The notes beneath the pieces are model-generated. The model saw only the letters and a list, made by a program, of their open reading frames with translations, was not told the DNA's origin and did not search any database. Source: Bacteroidota bacterium (GTDB lineage: Bacteria > Bacteroidota > Bacteroidia > Sphingobacteriales > Sphingobacteriaceae). From it: a DNA stretch of 64,000 bases. Of the stretch, positions 47,373 through 56,232 are shown in pieces. A program made the position numbers and the translations under genes. The DNA lies in assembly GCA_030830805.1 (NCBI GenBank), contig JAURMH010000043.1, positions 1,248 through 65,247 on the forward strand, in the 5' to 3' direction. How positions within the stretch are numbered: position 1 is the stretch's first letter; each line of letters begins with the position of its first letter.

Positions 47373-47509
47373 AGCTTGAGCTGTAAAAGTATCATTTTTT
47401 TAATTTACATACCAATTGCTGCCTTAAATTCGTTGAAACAATTGAAAATTGTCCTAAATTAGCGAACCTAAAACAAACCTAAATCAAAAATTTTAATTTT
47501 ATATTTTTT

Positions 47510-49480
47510 ATGAAGAATTTAACTTGGTCAAAGAAAATTTATTTTTCAGCAGCTACAATGCTTTTTGGATTCGGTGCATTTGCGCAAAATACCAATACAC
47601 TAATGACGGTAGGCAGCGACAAAGTTGGCAAGCAAGAGTTTGAAAATGTTTTCAAGAAGAACAATTCAAAATTAGCGGCTAATCCAGATGAGAAAACATT
47701 AAGAGAGTATTTAGATTTATATATCAACTTTAAATTAAAGGTACTAGAGGCTAAAAGTTACGGTATGGACACTGCAGTTTCCTTTAGAAAAGAACTAGCA
47801 GGTTATCGCAAACAATTAGCAGCACCTTACTTAACAGACAAAGAAGTTACAGAGCAATTAATCAACGAAGCTTACGATCGTTCTAAAAAAGAAATTAGAG
47901 CAAGTCATATTTTAATTAATTGTAAAGAAGATGCTAGCGCAAAAGATACGCTTGCAGCTTACAATAAAATTATGGCTATTCGCAAAAAAATACTAGAGAA
48001 AAAAGAAGATTTTGGAAAAGTTGCCATGGAGTCATCAGAAGACCCTAGCGCAAAAACAAACAAAGGGGATTTAGGTTTTTTTAGTGTCTTTGCCATGGTG
48101 TACTCCTTTGAAAGTGCTTGCTACAAAGCAAAACAAGGATCTATAACCATGCCATTTAGAACAAAATATGGTTACCATATTGTAAAAGTGGTTGATTCGA
48201 GACCTGCTCAAGGCGAAGTAAAAGTTGCACATATTATGTTGAGAGCAACCGCAAAGCTTAGCAAAGAGGATTCGCTAAGAAACCAAAATAAAATAAACGA
48301 AGTTTATAAAATGCTCGAAGGCGGACAAAAATTCGAAGAGCTTGCAAAGCAATATTCGGAAGATAAAGGTTCCGCAAAAAATGGGGGTATACTTCCAGTT
48401 TTTGGTACAGGTAAAATGGTGCCCGAATTTGAATCAGAAGCTTTTGCACTTAAAAATGTAAATGATTATAGTAAACCTTTTGCTACTTCTTACGGATGGC
48501 ATATTGTAAAATTAATAGAGCGCAAATCATTACCAACATTTGATGCGGCTAAAGCAGACATCAAAGCAAAAATAAGTCGTGATTCTAGAGCAGATATTAA
48601 CAAGCAATCATTTATTGTTAAATTAAAGAAGGAGTACAAATTTACTGAAACACCAGCTTCATTGAAGAAATTCTATTCAAAAGCAGATTCTGCTCTAGCG
48701 CTTAGTGCTTTCAAAAAGCCAGAAACAATAAATCCTAAAGACCCAATTTTTACTATAGGTACATCGGTTTATACGATAGCTGATTATGCAGATTATCTAA
48801 GCCAATATCAGTTTAATATGCTTAAGGATAATATGCCTAAGGCTAAAAAAGAAGCCTATGATAATTTTGTGAATAAAACATTATTAGATTACGAAGAAAA
48901 TAAATTAGATCAAAAATATCCAGAATTTAAAACCTTGATGGAAGAATATAGAGATGGAATTCTATTGTTCGAATTAACAGATCAAAAGGTTTGGTCTGCT
49001 GCAGTAAAAGATACTGCGGGTTTAGAATTATTTTTTGAACAAAATAAAGTGAACTATCAATGGGCAGATCGTTTAGATGCAAAAATTTACACTTGCGCAA
49101 ACGAAGTCATTGCGAATGATGTTCGTAAGCTTATTAAGAATAAAAAAATTAGCGAGGACTCATTATTAAGAAGAATAAACAAAACCAATCCACTTAACTT
49201 AGCTATCAAATCGGATAAGTTTGAAAAAGGAGAGAACGCAATTATAGATGGCATCGTTTGGAAAAAGAGCGTGACACCCAATATTGTTGCAAACAACACG
49301 GTTGTATTTGTAAAGGTGAATGCTAAATTAAATGCACAAACCAAAGCCTTAAACGAAGTAAGAGGAACTGTTACAGCAGACTATCAAAATAAGTTAGAGA
49401 AAGAATGGATTGGTATTTTAAAACAAAAATACCCGGTACAAGTAGACGATACAGTATTCCGTACCTTGTTTGCTAAATAA
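47510..49480 (+). CDS. periplasmic parvulin-type peptidyl-prolyl isomerase with two rotamase domains (SurA/PpiD-like)
   Basis: It has a signal peptide and two parvulin modules (ASHILI...GDLGFF..., VAHIML...GGILPVFGTGKMVPEFE...YGWHIVK). Confidence 0.8.
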   Translation: MKNLTWSKKIYFSAATMLFGFGAFAQNTNTLMTVGSDKVGKQEFENVFKKNNSKLAANPDEKTLREYLDLYINFKLKVLEAKSYGMDTAVSFRKELAGYRKQLAAPYLTDKEVTEQLINEAYDRSKKEIRASHILINCKEDASAKDTLAAYNKIMAIRKKILEKKEDFGKVAMESSEDPSAKTNKGDLGFFSVFAMVYSFESACYKAKQGSITMPFRTKYGYHIVKVVDSRPAQGEVKVAHIMLRATAKLSKEDSLRNQNKINEVYKMLEGGQKFEELAKQYSEDKGSAKNGGILPVFGTGKMVPEFESEAFALKNVNDYSKPFATSYGWHIVKLIERKSLPTFDAAKADIKAKISRDSRADINKQSFIVKLKKEYKFTETPASLKKFYSKADSALALSAFKKPETINPKDPIFTIGTSVYTIADYADYLSQYQFNMLKDNMPKAKKEAYDNFVNKTLLDYEENKLDQKYPEFKTLMEEYRDGILLFELTDQKVWSAAVKDTAGLELFFEQNKVNYQWADRLDAKIYTCANEVIANDVRKLIKNKKISEDSLLRRINKTNPLNLAIKSDKFEKGENAIIDGIVWKKSVTPNIVANNTVVFVKVNAKLNAQTKALNEVRGTVTADYQNKLEKEWIGILKQKYPVQVDDTVFRTLFAK

Positions 49481-49491
49481 ATTAAATAACA

Positions 49492-50349
49492 ATGCGTGTA
49501 ATTGGATTTTTACTTTTGTTGAGCTTGAGTGCGTGTGATTATATCGCAAGTTTTATAGGTGCTAAAGAAAAACCAATTGCACGCGTTTTCGATAAAGAAT
49601 TACTCCCTTCAGATTTAATTAATATTGTTCCGAAAGGCACCTCCAAAAATGATAGTATCGAGATTGTTAAAGCCTATGTTGAAAATTGGGTAAAACAAGA
49701 AGTGATTTTAAAGCAGGCTATAGATAATGCTAATTTAGATCAAGCGGTTATCGAATTGCAATTGGCTAACTATAAAAACTCGCTGGTTATTTACGCCTAC
49801 GAAGAGCAGTTGGTAGCACAAAAATTAGACACAACGGTTTCGGAAAAAGAATTGCTCAATTTTTATAACAACAATAAAGATAATTTTGAGTTAAAGAAGA
49901 GTATTGTTAAGGCATCTTTTATAAAGTTGCCCAAAAATGCTGTACAATTAACCTTGGTAAAGAAATGGTTTAATTCTGCTAGGCCTAGAGATAAAGCGGA
50001 CTTAGAAACTTATTGCATGCAATTTGCTAGCGATTATCTTTTTGCAGATACTGCTTGGCAATACCTAGATGATTTACAATCTAAAATTCCATTGGGTAAG
50101 TTTTCGGAAGATGCCATTTTACAAAAAGGGAAACGCTTAGAATTCGCAGATGCTAACTTTATCTACCTGGTTTTTATAAAAGATTTTATGTACAGGGAAG
50201 AAACTTCTCCAATGTCATTTGAAATAGATAATATTAGAAATAGTATTATTAATAAAAGAAAGTTAGTCTTAATCAATAGCATGGAGCAAGGTGTTTATCA
50301 AAAGGCTATTGCGGAAAAAGATATAGAAATTAATTTGGATGAAAAATAA
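49492..50349 (+). CDS. hypothetical lipoprotein, SurA-N-terminal-like chaperone region without a rotamase domain
   Basis: It has a lipobox (LSLSAC) and a helical SurA_N-like composition. It lies between two PPIase genes, and its stop overlaps the next start (ATGAAAAATAA). Confidence 0.5.
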   Translation: MRVIGFLLLLSLSACDYIASFIGAKEKPIARVFDKELLPSDLINIVPKGTSKNDSIEIVKAYVENWVKQEVILKQAIDNANLDQAVIELQLANYKNSLVIYAYEEQLVAQKLDTTVSEKELLNFYNNNKDNFELKKSIVKASFIKLPKNAVQLTLVKKWFNSARPRDKADLETYCMQFASDYLFADTAWQYLDDLQSKIPLGKFSEDAILQKGKRLEFADANFIYLVFIKDFMYREETSPMSFEIDNIRNSIINKRKLVLINSMEQGVYQKAIAEKDIEINLDEK

Positions 50350-51727
50350 TAAACAAATGAACACAAAAAAAAGTATTGTCATTTTTATCCTACTGTTAGC
50401 AATAAGTTTTAATGTAAATGCACAAGATAAAATTGCTGATAAAATAATTGCGGTGCTTGGAGAGAATATTGTTTTACAATCCGATATTGATGGTCAGTTT
50501 GCGCAATACATTGCACAAGGCTATGCCAATAAACCTGAATTAAAATGTCAGATTTTGGAGTCATTGATCACCCAAAAATTATTACAAAACCAAGCACAAA
50601 TAGACAGTATTGAAGTAAGTGAGGGGCAAGTAGAAGATGAGTTAAATAGAAGGCTAAATTATTTTATTTCGCAAATCGGATCACAAGAAAAACTAGAACA
50701 ATTTTTAGGTAAGTCGGTAATTGAGTTTAAATCAGATTTAAGAGATGATGTTCGATCGGTGATTATGGCTCAAAATATGCAGTCGCAAATTACCAGAGGT
50801 GTAACGATTACTCCGAACGAAATAAAAAATTTTTATGATAAAATTCCTGTAGATAGCTTACCCTATTTTAATAAGGAAGTTCAACTTGCAGTGATTGTAA
50901 AAAAGCCCGAAATAAGTTTAGCATCTAAAACTGAGGCTAAAGCAAAACTAGAAGAATTAAGAGCACGTGTTGCAAATGGAGAAGACTTCGCTACACTTGC
51001 TATTTTATATTCGCAAGACGGCTCCGCTAAAAGTGGTGGAGAGCTTGGTTTTGTAGGTAGAGGTGCTTTGGTGAAAGCTTTCGAAGCGGTCGCATTTAAA
51101 TTAAAACCTGGTGAGTTGTCTCAAATAGTAGAAACTGAATTTGGATTTCATATAGTACAGTTAGTGGAGCGAAGAGGGGAACAAGTAAATGTGCGTCATA
51201 TTTTAATCAAGCCAAGCACTAAATCTTCAGACTTAAAAAAAGCCAAATCAGATTTAGACAGTTTGTATACTTTACTTATTGCCAACGAGCTTAAATTTAT
51301 AGATGCAGCAGCAAAATACTCTGATGACGATGCTACTAAAAGAAACGGGGGCATGATGCAAAATGCGCAAGATGGCAGCACCAAAATCCCTACTGATCAA
51401 TTAGATCCTAATTTATATTTTGCAATAGAGAATTTAAAAGTCGGTGAAATTGCTCAGCCCACCTTGTTCACTTTGCCAAGTGGCGAACAGGCGTATCGCA
51501 TATTGCAATTTATTTCTAAAACAGAGCCTCATCGCGCAAATTTAAAAGATGATTATCAAAAAATTCAACAAGCCGCTTTGAGTAGCAAACAAAATAAAAC
51601 AATGGAGGAATGGTTCGATAAAAAAAGAGCCAGTACTTTTATAAAAATTTCAGAAGATTTTAACTATTGCACTACATTAGATAAATGGTTTGCAGCAACA
51701 TCAAAAGGAAAACAAGTCGATAAATAA
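50339..51727 (+). CDS. periplasmic chaperone/peptidyl-prolyl isomerase SurA-like
   Basis: It has a signal peptide, a SurA N-terminal domain and two parvulin modules (GGELGFVGRGALVKAFE...FGFHIVQ; VRHILI...). An alternative start is the ATG at 50357. Confidence 0.8.
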   Translation: MKNNKQMNTKKSIVIFILLLAISFNVNAQDKIADKIIAVLGENIVLQSDIDGQFAQYIAQGYANKPELKCQILESLITQKLLQNQAQIDSIEVSEGQVEDELNRRLNYFISQIGSQEKLEQFLGKSVIEFKSDLRDDVRSVIMAQNMQSQITRGVTITPNEIKNFYDKIPVDSLPYFNKEVQLAVIVKKPEISLASKTEAKAKLEELRARVANGEDFATLAILYSQDGSAKSGGELGFVGRGALVKAFEAVAFKLKPGELSQIVETEFGFHIVQLVERRGEQVNVRHILIKPSTKSSDLKKAKSDLDSLYTLLIANELKFIDAAAKYSDDDATKRNGGMMQNAQDGSTKIPTDQLDPNLYFAIENLKVGEIAQPTLFTLPSGEQAYRILQFISKTEPHRANLKDDYQKIQQAALSSKQNKTMEEWFDKKRASTFIKISEDFNYCTTLDKWFAATSKGKQVDK

Positions 51728-51728
51728 T

Positions 51729-52688
51729 ATGTATAAGTCGGAAGTAGAAGCAGTAGCAGCATTAGCGGAAAGCTATCAAGAAATAACCAAAGAAGTTGGC
51801 AAAGTAATTATTGGGCAAGACGAAGTTTTAAAAGCGGTCTTAATTTCTATTTTTAGTAATGGTCATTGTTTATTAGTGGGTGTGCCAGGATTAGCGAAAA
51901 CGCTTTTGGTACAAACCATTGCGCAGGTGTTAGATTTAAGTTATAATAGAATTCAATTTACACCCGACTTAATGCCTTCGGATATTACGGGTTCGGAAAT
52001 TTTAGACGAAAACAGAACTTTTAAATTTATCAAAGGTCCTATTTTTTCTAATATTATTTTAGCAGACGAAATTAATAGAACGCCGCCTAAAACGCAGGCT
52101 GCCTTATTAGAGTCTATGCAAGAACGTGCAGTAACTGCAGCAGGCGTTCATCATAGCTTACCTTCCCCATTTTTTGTTTTAGCAACTCAAAACCCCATTG
52201 AACAAGAAGGCACATATCCATTACCTGAAGCGCAGCTCGATCGATTCATGTTTAATGTTTGGTTAGACTATCCAAGTTTCGAACAAGAATTAAATATTGT
52301 TAAAAATACGACAAGCAACAAGGTGGTTGATTTAAAAAAAATTATCAATGCTGCTCAAATCTTGTATTTTCAAAAATTAGTTAGAAGCATACCTATTGCA
52401 GATAATGTAATTGAATATGCAGTTTCATTAGTTGCAAAAACAAGACCAGGAAGAGTTGGTGCAAGCCCAGAGGCAGACAAATACTTATCTTGGGGTGCAG
52501 GCCCTAGAGCAAGTCAGTTTTTGGTTTTGGGAGCTAAATGTCATGCAGCCATTCATCAAAAATTTTCACCAGATATCGAAGATGTAAAAGCAGTAGCAAC
52601 CGCCGTGCTCCGTCATAGAATTGTGCGAAATTACAAAGCAGAGGCAGAGGGGATAAGTGTAGAAGCAATTATTGAAAAGCTACTTTAA
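51729..52688 (+). CDS. MoxR family AAA+ ATPase
   Basis: It has a Walker A (GVPGLAKT), a Walker B (ILADEINR) and a MoxR-type lid. Its ATG lies 1 nt after the surA-like stop. Confidence 0.9.
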   Translation: MYKSEVEAVAALAESYQEITKEVGKVIIGQDEVLKAVLISIFSNGHCLLVGVPGLAKTLLVQTIAQVLDLSYNRIQFTPDLMPSDITGSEILDENRTFKFIKGPIFSNIILADEINRTPPKTQAALLESMQERAVTAAGVHHSLPSPFFVLATQNPIEQEGTYPLPEAQLDRFMFNVWLDYPSFEQELNIVKNTTSNKVVDLKKIINAAQILYFQKLVRSIPIADNVIEYAVSLVAKTRPGRVGASPEADKYLSWGAGPRASQFLVLGAKCHAAIHQKFSPDIEDVKAVATAVLRHRIVRNYKAEAEGISVEAIIEKLL

Positions 52689-54049
52689 CTATTTTCTTGT
52701 TTTCTGATTCTCCATTCTTTTGGGTAAGCATTATTGATCCTATTGCCCAATAGTTTTGCCCATCCTAAAGCATAATTTTTGTATTTCATTAAATGCCAAC
52801 CTTTCGTATGTCCTTGCGATGGCATATCATTTTTTTGTAAATATAAAATGGCATCATCATAACTCAATTCAATACTTGGTAGCATGTCGGAGCGATAATT
52901 ACTCATTGCTAGTGCCTGTGATGGAATCAGTTCTTCCCGAATTAATTGGCCAATTTCAGTCCCAAATTTTTTAATATGTAATTTTGTATTCAATACACTA
53001 AGCATTTGAGCGCTAATTTCTTTTGGAATAAAAAGCAATTGATTTTGATGTATAATAAATTCAGGATCTTTTGCTGTTAAGAATTGTGCAGCAATGGCTT
53101 TGGATTTCTTGTCTGCGAAATTAATTTTCTTAGAAAGTCTAGGCCAATTTCCTTCTGCAATATTACTTGATTTTCGAATTGCAGTTACAAAAAAACCTTC
53201 GCCTTTATTTTGATGGGGTAAAAATTTATAGGCGTGTATATTAGCATGTTTGCTAATAGTAATTTCTGGAAAAGCATTGCAATTCATCGCCAAAGATTCC
53301 CAGTCTCCACTAGTAATCAATGGTAAGATTTGCATTTCATCTTCTTCTTCTGAAAAAGTGCAAGTGCTATAAATCAGTATTCCTCCAGGCTTTACTAATT
53401 TTGTCGCTTCTTCTAGGATTCTTTGCTGTCTTGCGCTACAGAGTTTTACATTCCCCTCATTCCATTCCAATCTAGCTGCAGGGTCTTTTCTAAACATGCC
53501 TTCGCCAGAACAAGGTGCGTCTATTACTACTACGTCAAAACAATTTTCGAAATCGGTAAAATGTGCTGGGTCGTTATTGCAAACAATCACATTTGCATTC
53601 CCCCAACGGGTACAGTTTTCGGCTAATATATTTACGCGTTGTGCAATAGTTTCGTTGGCAATTAAAATACTATCGGCAGAAATTAAAGATAAAATATGAG
53701 TGCTTTTTCCACCTGGAGCTGCGCATAAGTCTAATACCTTAATGGAATTGTTGGTGTCTACCTGTTGCTTAAATATTTCTGCAATAAACATAGAGCTTGC
53801 TTCTTGAACATAATATGCACCAGCATGAAAGAGCGGATCAAAAGTAAACGAAGGTCTCTCTGCTAAAAAGAAAGCATTATCGGCCCAAGAAATAGCGTTA
53901 GTATTACTAAAAGGATTGGTATTGGACTTGTTAGGATTTAGCCTAATTGAAGTGTGAGCAGGATGATCTAGCGCATTGATTATTGCACTTGCTTGGTCGG
54001 GAAACTGTTGTTCGATTTTTTTAATAAAATCTGCTGGGAGCACGGTCAT
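52685..54049 (-). CDS. RsmB/RsmF (NOL1/NOP2/Sun) family rRNA cytosine-C5 methyltransferase
   Basis: It has the SAM motif (DLCAAPGGKS) and the catalytic Cys motifs (DAPCSGEG, YSTCT). Confidence 0.8.
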   Translation of the reverse strand: MTVLPADFIKKIEQQFPDQASAIINALDHPAHTSIRLNPNKSNTNPFSNTNAISWADNAFFLAERPSFTFDPLFHAGAYYVQEASSMFIAEIFKQQVDTNNSIKVLDLCAAPGGKSTHILSLISADSILIANETIAQRVNILAENCTRWGNANVIVCNNDPAHFTDFENCFDVVVIDAPCSGEGMFRKDPAARLEWNEGNVKLCSARQQRILEEATKLVKPGGILIYSTCTFSEEEDEMQILPLITSGDWESLAMNCNAFPEITISKHANIHAYKFLPHQNKGEGFFVTAIRKSSNIAEGNWPRLSKKINFADKKSKAIAAQFLTAKDPEFIIHQNQLLFIPKEISAQMLSVLNTKLHIKKFGTEIGQLIREELIPSQALAMSNYRSDMLPSIELSYDDAILYLQKNDMPSQGHTKGWHLMKYKNYALGWAKLLGNRINNAYPKEWRIRKQENS

Positions 54050-54146
54050 TTTGCTAAATTAAAAATAATTCGATTGTAACAGCAATTTTAGCATAAAGCT
54101 TATTTTTTTCTTAAAATTACTTTAATTATTTTTTTTAATTTGCAAG

Positions 54147-56228
54147 ATGATCAGTAAATCTATGAAGTTATTTAGCATTACCAGCGTTTTAGCCATTTTT
54201 AGCTTAACCGCATTTTCTTATTGCGCTCCAGATACCACTATAAAAGTTTTACATCCAGACGAAAAACAAATAGAGGTGAGTAGACAAGTAGCGAGTTTGA
54301 TTGCAAATTACAATTATAAAAAAGTGCCGATCGGAGATTCTTTATCAAGATTAATTTTTGATAATTATTTAAAATCTTTAGATGATAACCGGGTTTATTT
54401 TTTCGAAAAAGAGGTTAATGAATTTAAAGAAAATAGAGATTTAATGGATGACCAAATGGTGATGGGAGATTTAGAGCCCGCATACCATATGTTTAATATT
54501 TACTTGGAAAGGTATGTCAATCGGATCCAATTTATGATTGCACAATTGCCAACAATTGCATTTGATTTTACAAAAAACGAATCTTTAGTATACAATAGAG
54601 AAAAACTACCATTCATGCAAACGCAGGAAGAGATGGATGCTTATTGGATGCAAAGATTAAAGTATGATTTGCTGAATTTAAAATTAGCTGGTACAGAAGA
54701 AGCGAAAAGTAAAGAGACATTAAAAAAAAGATATGAAAATTTACTTTCGCAGATTGCTAAGATAGAGAGTTACGACGCCTTCCAGTCATTGATGACTGCT
54801 TATACCGAATCTATAGATCCGCATACAAATTATTTTAATCCAAATAATGCCGCAAAATTTAATATTGATATGGCAAGATCTTTGGAAGGTATTGGCGCTA
54901 CTTTAAAGTTCGAAAATGATTTTGTGATGGTAGCTGCTGTTGTGCCTGGAGGCCCTGCAGATAAATGTGGACAAATTACAATAGATGATAAATTTATTGC
55001 AGTTGCACAAGGAGATGGAGAGTTTGTAGACATTGTTGGCTGGAGAATAGATAACGCAATTCAATTAATTAGAGGAGCAAAAGGCACTACCGTTAGACTA
55101 AAAATTGTCTCGAAAGGTCAAGATATTGCAAATCCAAAAATTATTTCTATTGTAAGAGAGAAAATTGTGTTACAAGATCAATCTGCTAAAAAAGAAATCA
55201 AAACCATTCAATCAAATGGCAAGGGTATTAAAATTGGCATCATTGATATTCCTGCATTTTATGCTGATTTTAAAGCTTATCAAGCAGGCGACGTTAACTA
55301 CAAAAGTACTACTCGTGATGTAAAATTGATTATTGATTCTTTAAAAGCTGCAAAAGTGGATGCCATTGTTGTAGACTTAAGAAGTAATGGCGGCGGCTCT
55401 TTGATGGAAGCTATTGATTTAACCGGATTGTTTTTAAAGCAAGGTCCTGTTGTACAAGTGCGCGATACCAAAAATAAAATTGAAGTAGGCGAAGACGATG
55501 ATCCAAGTATTTTATGGGACGGTCCAATGGCGGTATTAATAGATCGATTCAGCGCATCTGCATCCGAAATTTTTGCGGCAGCTATTCAAGATTATGGCAG
55601 AGGAATTATTATTGGCACACAAAGTTATGGTAAAGGTACCGTACAAAATTCGATTGATTTAGATCAAATGATGGGCGAAGGGGCATCTAAGGTAATCGGG
55701 AATACTAATAAATTTGGACAAATTAATTTAACTATCGCAAAGTTTTATCGCATCAATGGCAGTTCTACTCAGCATAAAGGGGTAAGTCCTGATATTGCAT
55801 TTCCAATGGTATTTTCTGCCGACAAATATGGTGAAAGTGCTGAACCTGCTGCTTTACCATGGGATGAGATTAAGCGAAGCAATTACAAAACATTAGCAAA
55901 TATTGCGCCTATTAAAAGAGGACTAATAGAAAAGCATGATAAAAGAATGAAAGGCAATAAAGACTTTGAATATTTATTAGCAGACATTAAAGAATTAAAA
56001 CTTCGTGATGCAGAAACTTCAGCAACATTGAATGAAGTGATAGCTAAAAAAGAAAGAGACGAAAAAGAAGCCGAAAGTTTAGCGAGGGATAATGAAAAAA
56101 GATTGGCAAGAGGACTTGCGCCTATTAAGAAAGGTGACCCTAAGCCTAAAGCTGAGAAAGCTTTTGATTTTATGCTAGAAGAGTCTTGTTTAATTGTTGG
56201 CGACTATTTACAAGCAATTCAAAAATAA
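54147..56228 (+). CDS. S41 family carboxy-terminal processing (tail-specific) peptidase
   Basis: It has a PDZ region, the S41 catalytic segments (RSNGGGS, SASASEIFA, YGKGTVQ) and a Prc-like C-terminal extension. An alternative start is the ATG at 54162. Confidence 0.85.
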   Translation: MISKSMKLFSITSVLAIFSLTAFSYCAPDTTIKVLHPDEKQIEVSRQVASLIANYNYKKVPIGDSLSRLIFDNYLKSLDDNRVYFFEKEVNEFKENRDLMDDQMVMGDLEPAYHMFNIYLERYVNRIQFMIAQLPTIAFDFTKNESLVYNREKLPFMQTQEEMDAYWMQRLKYDLLNLKLAGTEEAKSKETLKKRYENLLSQIAKIESYDAFQSLMTAYTESIDPHTNYFNPNNAAKFNIDMARSLEGIGATLKFENDFVMVAAVVPGGPADKCGQITIDDKFIAVAQGDGEFVDIVGWRIDNAIQLIRGAKGTTVRLKIVSKGQDIANPKIISIVREKIVLQDQSAKKEIKTIQSNGKGIKIGIIDIPAFYADFKAYQAGDVNYKSTTRDVKLIIDSLKAAKVDAIVVDLRSNGGGSLMEAIDLTGLFLKQGPVVQVRDTKNKIEVGEDDDPSILWDGPMAVLIDRFSASASEIFAAAIQDYGRGIIIGTQSYGKGTVQNSIDLDQMMGEGASKVIGNTNKFGQINLTIAKFYRINGSSTQHKGVSPDIAFPMVFSADKYGESAEPAALPWDEIKRSNYKTLANIAPIKRGLIEKHDKRMKGNKDFEYLLADIKELKLRDAETSATLNEVIAKKERDEKEAESLARDNEKRLARGLAPIKKGDPKPKAEKAFDFMLEESCLIVGDYLQAIQK

Positions 56229-56232
56229 TTTC

